A DNA stretch of 64,000 nucleotides from Minisyncoccota bacterium. GTDB taxonomy: Bacteria > Patescibacteriota > Minisyncoccia > Phycocordibacterales > UBA9973. The position numbers and the translations under genes are program-made. Position 1 is the first letter of the stretch; every line of letters begins with the position of its first letter. Below, piece by piece: positions 45,769-55,496 of the stretch. The notes below the pieces were generated by a model. The model was not told the DNA's origin. It saw only the letters and a program-made list of their open reading frames with translations, and searched no databases. The stretch is from positions 458,750 through 522,749 of the forward strand of contig JBAZKU010000001.1 in assembly GCA_041650615.1 (NCBI GenBank), given 5' to 3'.

Positions 45769-47880
45769 ATGAAGAAAAAAGAGTATTCAGTTGAAATCGG
45801 CGGCAAGACATTGACTGCTATTTTCTCGGATTTAACAGAGCAAGCACATGGGTCCGTGATTTTAAAATACGGTGAAACAATTGTGTTGGCAACAGCTTGT
45901 ATGTCCAAAGACAGACAAGAAGGTTTGGGATTTTTTAATTTGACAGTAGATTATTTGGAAAAATTTTATGCTACCGGAAAAATTTTAGGGTCGCGCTTTA
46001 TGCACAGAGAAGGGAAACCATCAGAAGATGCAATTCTAGCTTGCCGAGTGATTGACAGAACTCTCCGTCCGCTTTTTAACCAATCTATCCGTCATGCTGT
46101 GCAAGTTATCACCACGGTCATTTCTTTAGACCAAGACGACCCGACAATTTTGGCCATCAACGCTGCTTCTCTTGCTTTGGCGGTATCTAATATTCCTTGG
46201 GCAGGACCAATCGGCGCAGTGCGTATTGGAAAATACGACGATGATAATTTGAAAATAAACCCCGCGCAGGGATTGCGACAAGATGATACAAAATATAAAT
46301 TTGACTTAACTATTTGCGGGAAAGATGGCAACTTGAATATGATTGAAGCCTCGGCTCATCAGGCCAAGGAAGAAGAATTGGAGGAAGCATTTAAAGTAGC
46401 AAGTGAGGAAATAACCAAATTAGAAAATTTTCAGAAAAAAATAGTGGCTGAAATAGGTATTCCAAAAAGGGTAATAGAAGAAGAAAAAATATCAGATGAA
46501 TCAGTAAAATTATTTAATGAAAATATATTACCGAAAATGAAAAGCGCCCTATTTGCCGGAGCCGGAAAAAAGAAAATAGACGAACTACATAATGTTTGGA
46601 ATAAAATGGTGGCAGAAAAATACCCGGACAGGGATGATTTCACTTTAGAGGATAATCTTTTTGATAACACGGAAAATAATATGCTACACGAAAAGGCTAT
46701 AAAAGAGAACAAGCGCGCCGATGGCCGGGCGATGGATGAAATTCGGGACCTTTATGTTCAAGCTGGAGGAATTTCTTCAATTTTGCATGGTAGCGGAATT
46801 TTTTATCGCGGAGGAACGCATGTGCTTTCTATCCTTACTCTCGCTGGCCCCGAAGAAAAACTTTTAGTTGACGGCATGGAAACAAAAGAAGAAAAAAGAT
46901 TTATGCATCATTATAATTTCCCGCCTTATTCCAGTGGGGAAGTTGGTCGTATAGGCACTACTAATCGCAGGGAAATCGGTCACGGGGCATTGGCTGAAAA
47001 AGCTTTAGCGATGGTTTTGCCGAGCGTGGAAGATTTTCCTTACACTATGCGCCTGGTTTCCGAATCAATGGCATCAAATGGTTCTACTTCTCAAGCTTCA
47101 ATCTGTGCATCCTCTATTGCCCTAATGGATGGAGGGGTTCCGATTAAAGCGCCGGTTGCTGGCATTGCTATGGGGCTGATGTATAAGAATAACAACGAGT
47201 ATAAAATTTTAACCGATATTCAGGGACCGGAAGACCATCATGGTGATATGGATTTTAAAGTTGCAGGGACAAAAGAAGGAATTACAGCCATTCAACTTGA
47301 TGTAAAAGTGGAAGGAGTGCCGATAAAAATATTAGCTGAAGCGATGGAACAATCCAAGAAAGCAAGAATCGCAATTTTGGATAAAATTGAAAAAGAAATT
47401 CCTACACCAAGAGCTCATATTTCTCCTAATGCACCAAAGATTCTGATTATCAGAATTAAGCAAGACCAAATCGGTATGGTTATCGGAAGTGGAGGAAAAA
47501 CTATTAAAGACATAAAAGATAAAACAGGGGCGGAAATAACTATTGAAGATGATGGCACAGTGTATTTAACTGGAAAAGATGATATGGCGGAAAAAGCTAA
47601 AGCTATTATAGAAGAAATGACTCATGAATTTAAAGTTGGAGAAGTGTTGAAAGGGGAAGTGGTTAAATTGGCGGATTTTGGAGTGTTTGTCAGATTAAAT
47701 CCTTTTACCGACGGGATGGTGCATATTTCCGAAATGGCTCCGTTTCGCGTAGAACGAGTTAGCGATATAATAAGAGAAGGGACAATTGTGCCAGTGAAGG
47801 TTATAAAGATTGATGAGGAAAGAGGGAAAATCAGCTTATCAATAAAAGAAGCAGATAAGAATTTTTTTAAGAAGCCTTAA
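45769..47880 (+). CDS. pnp: Polyribonucleotide nucleotidyltransferase (PNPase)
   Basis: Two RNase PH domains, KH and S1 C-terminal domains. Confidence 0.95.
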   Translation: MKKKEYSVEIGGKTLTAIFSDLTEQAHGSVILKYGETIVLATACMSKDRQEGLGFFNLTVDYLEKFYATGKILGSRFMHREGKPSEDAILACRVIDRTLRPLFNQSIRHAVQVITTVISLDQDDPTILAINAASLALAVSNIPWAGPIGAVRIGKYDDDNLKINPAQGLRQDDTKYKFDLTICGKDGNLNMIEASAHQAKEEELEEAFKVASEEITKLENFQKKIVAEIGIPKRVIEEEKISDESVKLFNENILPKMKSALFAGAGKKKIDELHNVWNKMVAEKYPDRDDFTLEDNLFDNTENNMLHEKAIKENKRADGRAMDEIRDLYVQAGGISSILHGSGIFYRGGTHVLSILTLAGPEEKLLVDGMETKEEKRFMHHYNFPPYSSGEVGRIGTTNRREIGHGALAEKALAMVLPSVEDFPYTMRLVSESMASNGSTSQASICASSIALMDGGVPIKAPVAGIAMGLMYKNNNEYKILTDIQGPEDHHGDMDFKVAGTKEGITAIQLDVKVEGVPIKILAEAMEQSKKARIAILDKIEKEIPTPRAHISPNAPKILIIRIKQDQIGMVIGSGGKTIKDIKDKTGAEITIEDDGTVYLTGKDDMAEKAKAIIEEMTHEFKVGEVLKGEVVKLADFGVFVRLNPFTDGMVHISEMAPFRVERVSDIIREGTIVPVKVIKIDEERGKISLSIKEADKNFFKKP

Positions 47881-47918
47881 TGTTATTTAAAAACTCTTTC
47901 TCGGTATATCTTTTTCTA

Positions 47919-47985
47919 GGGTACGGATTTTTTGAAGCTTAAAAAATCCTGAAGTTCTCGGCTCGTCAGCCTCGAAACCCCCTAA
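47919..47985 (+). repeat. Family A REP-like element (copy 1), 39 nt downstream of the pnp stop
   Basis: GGTACGGATTTTTTGAAGCTTAAAAAATCCTGAAGTTCTCGGCTCGTCAGCCTCGAAACCCC; contains a 9-bp hairpin GGATTTTTT/AAAAAATCC. Confidence 0.8.
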
Positions 47986-48021
47986 AAAAGATACACCTTC
48001 AACGAGTTTTTAAAATCAATT

Positions 48022-48894
48022 ATGGAAAACGAAAATAAATTTAAAAATAAAAATGTGGAAACCTATACCAGAGATATGGTAAAGGCTATTGAAAATGATA
48101 AAGGAGGATTGATAAAAAAAATAATTCACGAAGAAGAAGAGCATGAGGCTCAAAAGAAAAATTTATCTCCCGGCTCAAAGAAAAACAGGATATTTATGTT
48201 TATAAGCGTAGCACTTATATTTATAGCTTTAGCTGCTTTGTTTTTTTTGATATTTTTAAATAAAAAAATCGGCACCGTTTCAATTGTGCCACAAATGACT
48301 TCAATTATTTTTACCGATAAAAGTGATTTTAAAGCAATTGACGGACTTAATAAAGATAAAATAGAACAGACTGTTTTAAATCAGGTTAATGATACTGGAA
48401 CGAAGATAGGGGGAATAGATGGCATCTATCTTACGGAAAATAAAGAAACCGTAGGTTTTAAAGAATTTATAAAAATTATAAAAGGCAGTTTGATTGCTGA
48501 CCAGACGAGCTTAATTAGCGACAATTTTCTATTAGGAGCGTATGTAAGCGGCATAAAACAGACATCGCCCTCAGCAGGAGATTTTTTCATCTTGCTCAAT
48601 GTTCGTTCTTTCTCCGATATATTCCCAGTAATGCAAGCTTGGGAGAACAAAATGTTATATGACTTGGGTGGATTTTTCGGAATAGAAATAACTCCCAATA
48701 CCAATTATTTATTTACGAAAAATTTTGAGGATGGCATAGTGGCAAACAAAAATGCGCGAATTCTTTATGATAATAATGGGGGTATTGTTTTGATGTATAT
48801 ATTCGCCGACGATAATTTCATTATCATTTCCAATTCCGAATTAGCTACCCAGGAAGTAATCCTTCGACTGAATTCCAGTAAGATAAAAAAATAA
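48022..48894 (+). CDS. Hypothetical membrane-anchored protein
   Basis: 290 aa with one TM helix after a charged N-terminus. Confidence 0.5.
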   Translation: MENENKFKNKNVETYTRDMVKAIENDKGGLIKKIIHEEEEHEAQKKNLSPGSKKNRIFMFISVALIFIALAALFFLIFLNKKIGTVSIVPQMTSIIFTDKSDFKAIDGLNKDKIEQTVLNQVNDTGTKIGGIDGIYLTENKETVGFKEFIKIIKGSLIADQTSLISDNFLLGAYVSGIKQTSPSAGDFFILLNVRSFSDIFPVMQAWENKMLYDLGGFFGIEITPNTNYLFTKNFEDGIVANKNARILYDNNGGIVLMYIFADDNFIIISNSELATQEVILRLNSSKIKK

Positions 48895-48958
48895 AAAAGA
48901 TTTTTCTGCTTCTTTTGTCTGGCTATTTATTTGCCTTTTTGGGTGAAAGTGCTAGTAT

Positions 48959-49321
48959 TTGGGTATGTTAGACAAGAAAAAAATTAAAGAAAAATTGGAA
49001 AAGGAAAAAGAAGTTCTTCTTGAACAGCTTCGTGATATTGGAAAATTGAATCCGGAAACAAATGAATGGGAAGCAATTCCAGAAGAAAGAGATTCCAGAG
49101 AATCAGACCAAAATGACATGGCGGACAGATTTGAAGATTTTGAAGCAAGAAGCATTATGATAAAAGCCTTAGAAGGAAGAATGAATAGTGTTTTAAGCGC
49201 GCTTAAAGGATTGAATAGGGAGTCTTTTGGCAGATGTGAAGTATGCAAAAAAGATATTGAAATGGATAGAATGGAAGTCAACCCTGCAGCCAAAACCTGC
49301 AAGAAACATTTGAATGGGTAA
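48959..49321 (+). CDS. DksA/TraR-family C4 zinc-finger protein
   Basis: Coiled-coil N-terminus and CEVC-x17-CKKH zinc finger. Confidence 0.6.
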   Translation: MGMLDKKKIKEKLEKEKEVLLEQLRDIGKLNPETNEWEAIPEERDSRESDQNDMADRFEDFEARSIMIKALEGRMNSVLSALKGLNRESFGRCEVCKKDIEMDRMEVNPAAKTCKKHLNG

Positions 49322-49366
49322 TTAAAAAATAATATAAAATTAATGACAAAAGTAAAAAATTTTGTC

Positions 49367-49434
49367 GGTACGGATTTTTTGAAGCTTAAAAAATCCTGAA
49401 ATTGGCTCGCCGTCGCTCGCCAAACCCCTTAAAA
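49367..49434 (+). repeat. Family A REP-like element (copy 2), 46 nt downstream of the stop
   Basis: Near-identical to copies 1, 3 and 4 (GGTACGGATTTTTTGAAGCTTAAAAAATCCTGAAATTGGCTCGCCGTCGCTCGCCAAACCCC). Confidence 0.8.
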
Positions 49435-49466
49435 TCTTTTCTTTTGCCATTAATTTTTTAATAATC

Positions 49467-51008
49467 ATGAGTTTTGCAAAAGTTTATTCAGCACAAGTAA
49501 ACCTCCTTTCCGGTCAAATCGTAACCATAGAGGTTGATTTATCGCGTGGGTTGCACACTTTTAACGTGGTAGGACTTCCGGATAATGCCGTAAATGAATC
49601 AAAAGACAGAGTAAGTTCGGCTATAAAAAATTCCGGTTTTAAATCTCCCAAAGCCAAGAACCAAAAAATAATCGTCTCCCTTTCACCGGCCGACTTGAAA
49701 AAAGAAGGGCCGTTTTTTGATCTGGCTATTGCCCTCGCCTATATGCTGGCGTCGGAGGATTTAAAATTTGATTCTGAGAAGAAGATTTTTCTTGGGGAAC
49801 TGGGTTTAGACGGAACGCTGCGACGTATCAGGGGAGCGTTGCCCCTCGTTCAAGAAGCCAAGCGAGCCGGATATGAAGAAATCTTTTTGCCGAAAGAAAA
49901 TGCGGTTGAGGCGGCATTAGTGGAAGGGGTAAAAATTTTTGGCGCAAGCAGTTTAAAGGAAGTGGTGGAACATATTAATGAAGAAAAAAACAAGGAAAAT
50001 AAAAAAATAAAAATTCAACCGAAAACAGAAGTAAATTTTAAAAAAGAAAGAAAAAATTCCGACTTTTCTGATATTAGAGGACAAGAAGGCGCGAAAAGAG
50101 GATTGGAAATAGCGGCTGCCGGCGGACACAATATTGCTATGTACGGTCCTCCTGGTACGGGGAAAACAATGTTGGCGAGAGCCTTCTCTCAATTATTGCC
50201 GGACTTAGGGTTGGAAGAAGTTTTAGAGATCACCGGAATACACTCTGTTGCTGGAGTAACGCGAGGGGAATTAATTTCCACTCCGCCGTTTCGCTCTCCG
50301 CATCACACTTCTTCTTATGTCTCAATTATTGGCGGAGGAACTTATCCGAAGCCTGGGGAAGTGACCTTGGCACACAGAGGCGTTTTATTTTTAGATGAAT
50401 TCCCGGAATTTGAAAAAAGAGTAATTGAATCTCTACGACAACCATTGGAAGATAATGTTGTTTCAATTTCTAGAGCCAAAGGAACAGCTTCTTTCCCATC
50501 AAATTTTATTTTAGTGGCGGCAATGAATCCTTGCCCATGCGGGAATACCGGTTCAAAACAAAAAGTTTGTATTTGTAGGCCGTCTGATTTGGATAGATAT
50601 AAAAGAAAATTGTCGGGGCCGATAATGGATCGTATTGATTTGTGGGTTTCTGTCGGTAATGTTGATTATAAAAAGTTGGGGGAGGAGGGAAATGGGGAGA
50701 AAAGCGAAAAAATAAAATACAGAGTGACAAAAGCGCGGGAAATTCAAAAGAAAAGATTTGAAAAATTTGGTAGAAAAATACAAACAAATAGCGAAATGAA
50801 TGTGAAAGATTTATCCGGAATGATAAAACTGAAAGAAGAAGTAAGAAATCTACTGGATGATAGCGCCGAACGTTTGGCCCTCTCCGCTCGTGCTTATCAT
50901 CGGGTTATCAAAATCGCCCGCACTATTGCTGACCTGGAAAATTCAGAGGAAATTAACTCAAATCATATCTTAGAGGCTATACAATACAGACCGAAAGTGA
51001 ATAGTTAA
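49467..51008 (+). CDS. comM: Mg-chelatase-like AAA+ ATPase YifB/ComM
   Basis: N-terminal Lon-like domain, AAA+ Walker A GPPGTGKTMLA, C-terminal Mg_chelatase_C. Confidence 0.9.
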   Translation: MSFAKVYSAQVNLLSGQIVTIEVDLSRGLHTFNVVGLPDNAVNESKDRVSSAIKNSGFKSPKAKNQKIIVSLSPADLKKEGPFFDLAIALAYMLASEDLKFDSEKKIFLGELGLDGTLRRIRGALPLVQEAKRAGYEEIFLPKENAVEAALVEGVKIFGASSLKEVVEHINEEKNKENKKIKIQPKTEVNFKKERKNSDFSDIRGQEGAKRGLEIAAAGGHNIAMYGPPGTGKTMLARAFSQLLPDLGLEEVLEITGIHSVAGVTRGELISTPPFRSPHHTSSYVSIIGGGTYPKPGEVTLAHRGVLFLDEFPEFEKRVIESLRQPLEDNVVSISRAKGTASFPSNFILVAAMNPCPCGNTGSKQKVCICRPSDLDRYKRKLSGPIMDRIDLWVSVGNVDYKKLGEEGNGEKSEKIKYRVTKAREIQKKRFEKFGRKIQTNSEMNVKDLSGMIKLKEEVRNLLDDSAERLALSARAYHRVIKIARTIADLENSEEINSNHILEAIQYRPKVNS

Positions 51009-51032
51009 AAAGCAAAGAACAATATTTTTGCC

Positions 51033-51100
51033 GGTACGGATTTTTTGAAGCTTAAAAAATCCTGAAATTGGCTCGCCGTCGCTCGCCAAACCCCTTAAAA
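51033..51100 (+). repeat. Family A REP-like element (copy 3), 25 nt downstream of the comM stop
   Basis: Same sequence as copy 2. Confidence 0.8.
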
Positions 51101-51140
51101 ACATTGTTTTTTGCTTTTTAGGTTATCCACAGGTGGGTTG

Positions 51141-51169
51141 TTGACAGTGAACGCTCGTTCACTTATACT
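51141..51169 (+). promoter_or_regulatory. Consensus sigma70 promoter (TTGACA-17-TATACT) whose spacer is a Cheo-type LexA box GAACGCTCGTTC; TTATCCACA just upstream
   Basis: Palindrome GTGAACGCTCGTTCAC (GAAC-N4-GTTC) lies exactly between the -35 and -10; a LexA homolog is encoded 350 nt downstream. Confidence 0.6.
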
Positions 51170-51209
51170 TTAGGTAGGTCATTTATAAACAATTTAACCT
51201 ATATAAAAT

Positions 51210-51407
51210 ATGTCACAAAAACAATATATTAAAACTGTTGAAAGAGAAATCCAAAGAATCAATAGAATAATTGATTTGAAAATTCTTCGCGGGGAAGAAT
51301 ATTTTAGGGAAGCTAGAGACCATAAGCTTCTCTTGAAAAAAATACGCTTTTATAACAGGCAGAATTTTTTCAGAAAATTATTTCCAACTTTTTCTGTCCT
51401 TTTTTAA
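51210..51407 (+). CDS. Hypothetical small basic protein (65 aa) in the lexA operon
   Basis: ORF directly downstream of the SOS-box promoter; no recognisable family. Confidence 0.3.
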   Translation: MSQKQYIKTVEREIQRINRIIDLKILRGEEYFREARDHKLLLKKIRFYNRQNFFRKLFPTFSVLF

Positions 51408-51431
51408 ATTTCGCTCCGTTTCTTCAAATTT

Positions 51432-51481
51432 TTCGTCCCTGCGCCCTTCTCGGAGTACCGAGTGGGACCCTCGGGAAGCTC
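51432..51481 (+). repeat. Family C GC-rich palindromic element, intergenic copy
   Basis: TTCGTCCCTGCGCCCTTCTCGGAGTACCGAGTGGGACCCTCGGGAAGCTC; matches the rsmA in-gene copy. Confidence 0.75.
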
Positions 51482-51511
51482 AAAATTTAAAGAAACTTCG
51501 CTCAGATAAAA

Positions 51512-52078
51512 ATGAAAAACATTTATCAGACAAAACTGGAAAATTTCTACGGGAAAAATAAAAGAATGCCCACCTATTCTGAAATGCTGGAGCTTTTCAA
51601 TTTCAAATCCAAGAATGCTGTTTTTAAGATTGTAAATAAGCTGATTGAAGCGGGAATTGTTGCTAAGGACCATCTAGGAAGGTTGATGCCGACCGAGATT
51701 TTTAGTGAAATACCAAAACTCGGTTTTGTTACCGCTGGATTCCCAGCTACGGTAGAAGAAGAATTGACCGATACAGTAAATTTGGATGATTTTCTAATAA
51801 AAAATAAACCATTAACTTATATGTTAGAAGTGGATGGGGATTCTATGATTGATGCGCACATAGAAAAAGGGGATATGGTTCTCGTAGAAAAAACAAATCA
51901 AGCCAAAGACGGGCAAATTGTTATCGCGGAAGTGGATGGAGATTTTACAATGAAATATTTTAAAAAAAATGGTTCCAGGGTTTGGCTAGAACCAGCCAAT
52001 AAAAATTATAAACCAATTTATCCAACTCAAAGCTTGAATGTGATTGCGATATTAAAAGCTGTAGTTAGAAAATATTAA
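51512..52078 (+). CDS. lexA: LexA-like repressor (S24 peptidase)
   Basis: N-terminal winged-helix HTH, C-terminal S24 domain with GDSM Ser and MKYF Lys. Confidence 0.8.
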   Translation: MKNIYQTKLENFYGKNKRMPTYSEMLELFNFKSKNAVFKIVNKLIEAGIVAKDHLGRLMPTEIFSEIPKLGFVTAGFPATVEEELTDTVNLDDFLIKNKPLTYMLEVDGDSMIDAHIEKGDMVLVEKTNQAKDGQIVIAEVDGDFTMKYFKKNGSRVWLEPANKNYKPIYPTQSLNVIAILKAVVRKY

Positions 52079-52080
52079 AC

Positions 52081-52112
52081 AGAACAAAATAAAAAGCCCC
52101 TAAGGGGCTTTT
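52081..52112. terminator. Bidirectional intrinsic terminator between lexA and hup (AAAAAGCCCC-TAA-GGGGCTTTTT)
   Basis: Perfect 10-bp stem with an A-run and a T-run. Confidence 0.8.
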
Positions 52113-52136
52113 TATTTTTTATCTCGAGATAAAAGA

Positions 52137-52409
52137 TTAAGCAACTGCGTCTTTTAGGGCCTTGGCAGCTCTGAATTTTGGAACTTTCTTAGCAGCTACT
52201 TTGACTTGCTCTCCGGTCTTTGGATTGCGAGCTGTTCTAGCAGCGCGTGCCTTTACGGAAAAGATTCCGAAGCCGGCGATTGATACTTCGCCACCTTTCT
52301 TCATGGTGCCGATGATAGCGTCAAACAAACTGTCAACAATTTCTTCAGCTTGTACTTTTGTACCACCAAGCTTTCCATGTACTAACTCAGCTAATGCTTG
52401 TTTATTCAT
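52137..52409 (-). CDS. hup: DNA-binding protein HU
   Basis: 90 aa, GFGIFSVKARAARTARNPKTGE beta-arm motif. Confidence 0.9.
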   Translation of the reverse strand: MNKQALAELVHGKLGGTKVQAEEIVDSLFDAIIGTMKKGGEVSIAGFGIFSVKARAARTARNPKTGEQVKVAAKKVPKFRAAKALKDAVA

Positions 52410-52603
52410 ATTTTTAAAGGTTATTTTTATAATGCTTTCGACCGTTTGCTTATATAAATACTATCCATACATTATATATCAAGGGTTTTTTAAGGCAAGC
52501 TCCCACACTTTCTTCTCTGAAGCGCTAAAAAGCGTATTGTTATCAATATCAGGGAAGATAGTGTGGGGGCAAGTGTGTCTAAAATAGAAAAAGAATAATT
52601 TTT

Positions 52604-52669
52604 AAAGGGGTTTGGCGAGCGACGGCGAGCCAATTTCAGGAAATTTTAAGCTTAAAAATTTCCGTACCG
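52604..52669 (-). repeat. Family A REP-like element (copy 4, reverse orientation), 28 nt downstream of the rny stop on the minus strand
   Basis: Reverse complement matches copies 1-3, so it is sense to the upstream minus-strand gene. Confidence 0.8.
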
Positions 52670-52696
52670 ACTAAAAATTGATTCTTTTTCTATTTT

Positions 52697-54226
52697 TTAC
52701 CTCGCATATTCAATAATTCTGGTCTCTCTTATCATTGTAACCTTGATTTCGCCAGGGTATTTCAATTCTTGTTCTATTTTTACGGCAATATCATGAGCCA
52801 TTATCTTAGCTTCAGCGTCGGATACTTTTTCCGGAGTAACAAAGATGCGAATTTCACGGCCAGCCTGAAGCGCATACGATTTTTCCACTCCCGGAAAAGC
52901 ATTTACCAATCCTTCAAGTTCCTGTAATCTCTTCAAGTAATTTTCCACTGAATCACGGCGAGCTCCGGGTCTGCCACCGGAGATAGCGTCAGCTGTTTGG
53001 ACGATTACCGCTTCTATTGTTTCATACGGATAATCTTCATGGTGGGATTTCATTGCGGTGATAATGCGTTCGTCCGCTCCGAATTTCTGTAAAATTCTTA
53101 TCCCTATTTCAATATGTGTGCCTTGTACTTCGTGGTCCAACGCTTTACCGATATCATGTACCAGTGCCCCGGCTTTAGCTATCGCCACATCTGCGCCTAA
53201 TTCCTCGGCAATCATTCCAGCGATGTGCGCCATTTCAATGGAATGCTGAAGCACATTTTGTCCGTAACTGGTGCGGAAATATAATCGTCCAATAATAGCA
53301 ACAATACGTGGGTCAAAATTAAATATTCCGCATTCATATACCGCTTGTTCTCCTTTTTCTTTAATGATTTTATTTATTTCTTCTTTTGCTTTTTCTACTA
53401 GCTCTTCAATCTTGGCTGGTTGAATGCGCCCGTCTAAAATCAAGTTTTCAAGCGCAAGACGGGCAACCTGGCGTCTAATTGGGTCAAAGGAAGAAATAAT
53501 TATTGATCCTGGAGTATCATCCACAATAAGTTCAACCCCGGAAGCTCGTTCAAAAGCCCTTATATTTCGGCCTTCTTTTCCAATAACTTTGCCCTTAATT
53601 TCATTGTTTGGAATATTCACTATGGTTGTCATTAATTCAGAGGCGGTGCTTGAAGCAAGACGCTGGATAGAAGTGGCTAAAATGTCTTTTGCCCTGTTAT
53701 CTAGCTTTTCTTCATTGCTATTTTCAAGTTTTTGAATTCTGATCAAAAGATCTTCCTCGTATTTCTTTTCAATGTCTCTCATTAGCTCTCCTTTTGCTTC
53801 TTCTTCCGTTAGTTTTGATACCCTTTCTAATTCAATTATCTTTTCCGCTTCTATTCCCGAGACCTTTTCCTGAATTTTTTTTACTTCTTCTACCTTAAGT
53901 TTAATATTTTCAGTTTCTTTATTTATTTCCACTTGCCGAGCATCCAAAAACTCATCTTTTTTTATAAGTCTTTTTTCTGTTTCTTTATATTCCTCTTCTT
54001 TCTTTTTCTCTTCCTCTTTTAGCTCAGCAAGCCTTTTCTCTACTTTATTTTTAGCTTCATCTATAAGTTTCTGCGCTTCTTCTTTAGCGCCAACCAACAT
54101 CTGCTTTATATCTATTTCTATGGATTTTCTCTTTCCCAGCGCAACAACCATTCGCAAATAGTATCCGATTCCCGCGCCCAAAAGGAGCACTCCGACTCCG
54201 ATTAGAATTATTGTTAATAAGCTCAT
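52697..54226 (-). CDS. rny: Ribonuclease Y
   Basis: N-terminal TM, coiled coil, KH domain, HD domain HDIGK. Confidence 0.9.
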   Translation of the reverse strand: MSLLTIILIGVGVLLLGAGIGYYLRMVVALGKRKSIEIDIKQMLVGAKEEAQKLIDEAKNKVEKRLAELKEEEKKKEEEYKETEKRLIKKDEFLDARQVEINKETENIKLKVEEVKKIQEKVSGIEAEKIIELERVSKLTEEEAKGELMRDIEKKYEEDLLIRIQKLENSNEEKLDNRAKDILATSIQRLASSTASELMTTIVNIPNNEIKGKVIGKEGRNIRAFERASGVELIVDDTPGSIIISSFDPIRRQVARLALENLILDGRIQPAKIEELVEKAKEEINKIIKEKGEQAVYECGIFNFDPRIVAIIGRLYFRTSYGQNVLQHSIEMAHIAGMIAEELGADVAIAKAGALVHDIGKALDHEVQGTHIEIGIRILQKFGADERIITAMKSHHEDYPYETIEAVIVQTADAISGGRPGARRDSVENYLKRLQELEGLVNAFPGVEKSYALQAGREIRIFVTPEKVSDAEAKIMAHDIAVKIEQELKYPGEIKVTMIRETRIIEYAR

Positions 54227-54529
54227 AAGCCTTGTGTCGGCTTATAAAAACAAACCACTATATTTGCGATCCTATTTCTTTACTAGCAATTCTTGCAAAG
54301 ATTTGATTTATCCCGCTAAAGCGCGGGAATTTTCTCTTTAAAAACTTCATAAATATATGGAATATTCCTATAAACCAATCGAAAATAAATTTGTAAAATT
54401 CAACGGATATAGTATAACAAATTGCACTTATTTTGTCTACGGGTTGCATTTTTTCGTAATACGTGCTATGATTTTGGCAAATAAAAATGTTCTTAATGCA
54501 CTAATTCACTCATCTATTTTCAGGAGATT

Positions 54530-54820
54530 TTGATGAAAAAAACCCGAAAGTCTAAGAGAAAAAGAAATTCACTTGAAAAAGACATTGACGCGATAATCAG
54601 TTTTCTTGAAAAAGAAAAAATTAAGAGACTAATAATCAGAAGAGAGATGGATAAAGCCAGAATGGCCTTCTTAAAAGTTGCAGAAAAACTCACTACTCCT
54701 GATTTTAGAGAATTGGATAAATTAATTTCAAGAATTGGTCGGTGTTCTATGACGAGAATTAGCAATCCTCCCCGTTGCAGTAATAGGTATAGTCGTCGTT
54801 CAGGCCACGGGGCGAGATAG
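54530..54820 (+). CDS. Hypothetical basic protein
   Basis: 96-aa ORF with an AGGAG SD; no recognisable family. Confidence 0.35.
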   Translation: MMKKTRKSKRKRNSLEKDIDAIISFLEKEKIKRLIIRREMDKARMAFLKVAEKLTTPDFRELDKLISRIGRCSMTRISNPPRCSNRYSRRSGHGAR

Positions 54821-54833
54821 TTTTTAATACACA

Positions 54834-54873
54834 AAGCCTCATCAATAATATTGATGAGGCTTTTATTTTTCCT
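54834..54873. terminator. Bidirectional intrinsic terminator (AAAGCCTCATCAATA-ATA-TTGATGAGGCTTT + T-run)
   Basis: 13-bp stem between convergent genes. Confidence 0.75.
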
Positions 54874-54881
54874 TTTTAAAA

Positions 54882-55481
54882 CTAGGATTTGGAGAGAGGA
54901 GTTTTTGACTTAGTAACTATTTCATCAATAATCCCATATTTTTTAGCTTCTTCGGCATCCATAAAGAAATCTCTTTCTACATCTTTTTCTATTTGAGGTA
55001 GAGGCTTGCCCGTGTTTTTAGCTAAAATTTTATTTAAATTGTCTTTTGTTTTTAAAATATGTTTTGCGGTAATAGCAATATCCGTAGCTTGCCCTTCCAC
55101 TCCGCCCAATGGCTGATGAATCATTATTTCCGCATTCGGCAAAATAAATCTTTTACCTTTTTTCCCTGCGGATAAAATAATGGCCGCGCCGGACGCTGCT
55201 ACTCCCACACAGAAAGTGGAAATATCGGGGCGGACATGATTCATGGTGTCTACTATCGCCAAAGTGGAAGTGACAGATCCTCCAGGAGAATTTATATACA
55301 AAGCTATATCTTTTTTTGCGTCTTCGGATTCAAGGAAAAGAAGCTGAGCAATGACAATATTCGCCACATTATCGTCAATCGGACCGGCTAAAAAAACTAT
55401 TCTTTCTCGTAAAAGACGAGAATATATATCATAAGCTCTTTCTCCAAATTGTGATTTTTCTATGACTGTGGGTATCAACAT
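54882..55481 (-). CDS. clpP: ATP-dependent Clp protease proteolytic subunit
   Basis: Ser-His-Asp catalytic triad context ([17 protein letters not shown]). Confidence 0.95.
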   Translation of the reverse strand: MLIPTVIEKSQFGERAYDIYSRLLRERIVFLAGPIDDNVANIVIAQLLFLESEDAKKDIALYINSPGGSVTSTLAIVDTMNHVRPDISTFCVGVAASGAAIILSAGKKGKRFILPNAEIMIHQPLGGVEGQATDIAITAKHILKTKDNLNKILAKNTGKPLPQIEKDVERDFFMDAEEAKKYGIIDEIVTKSKTPLSKS

Positions 55482-55496
55482 ACAACTATTATAGCA

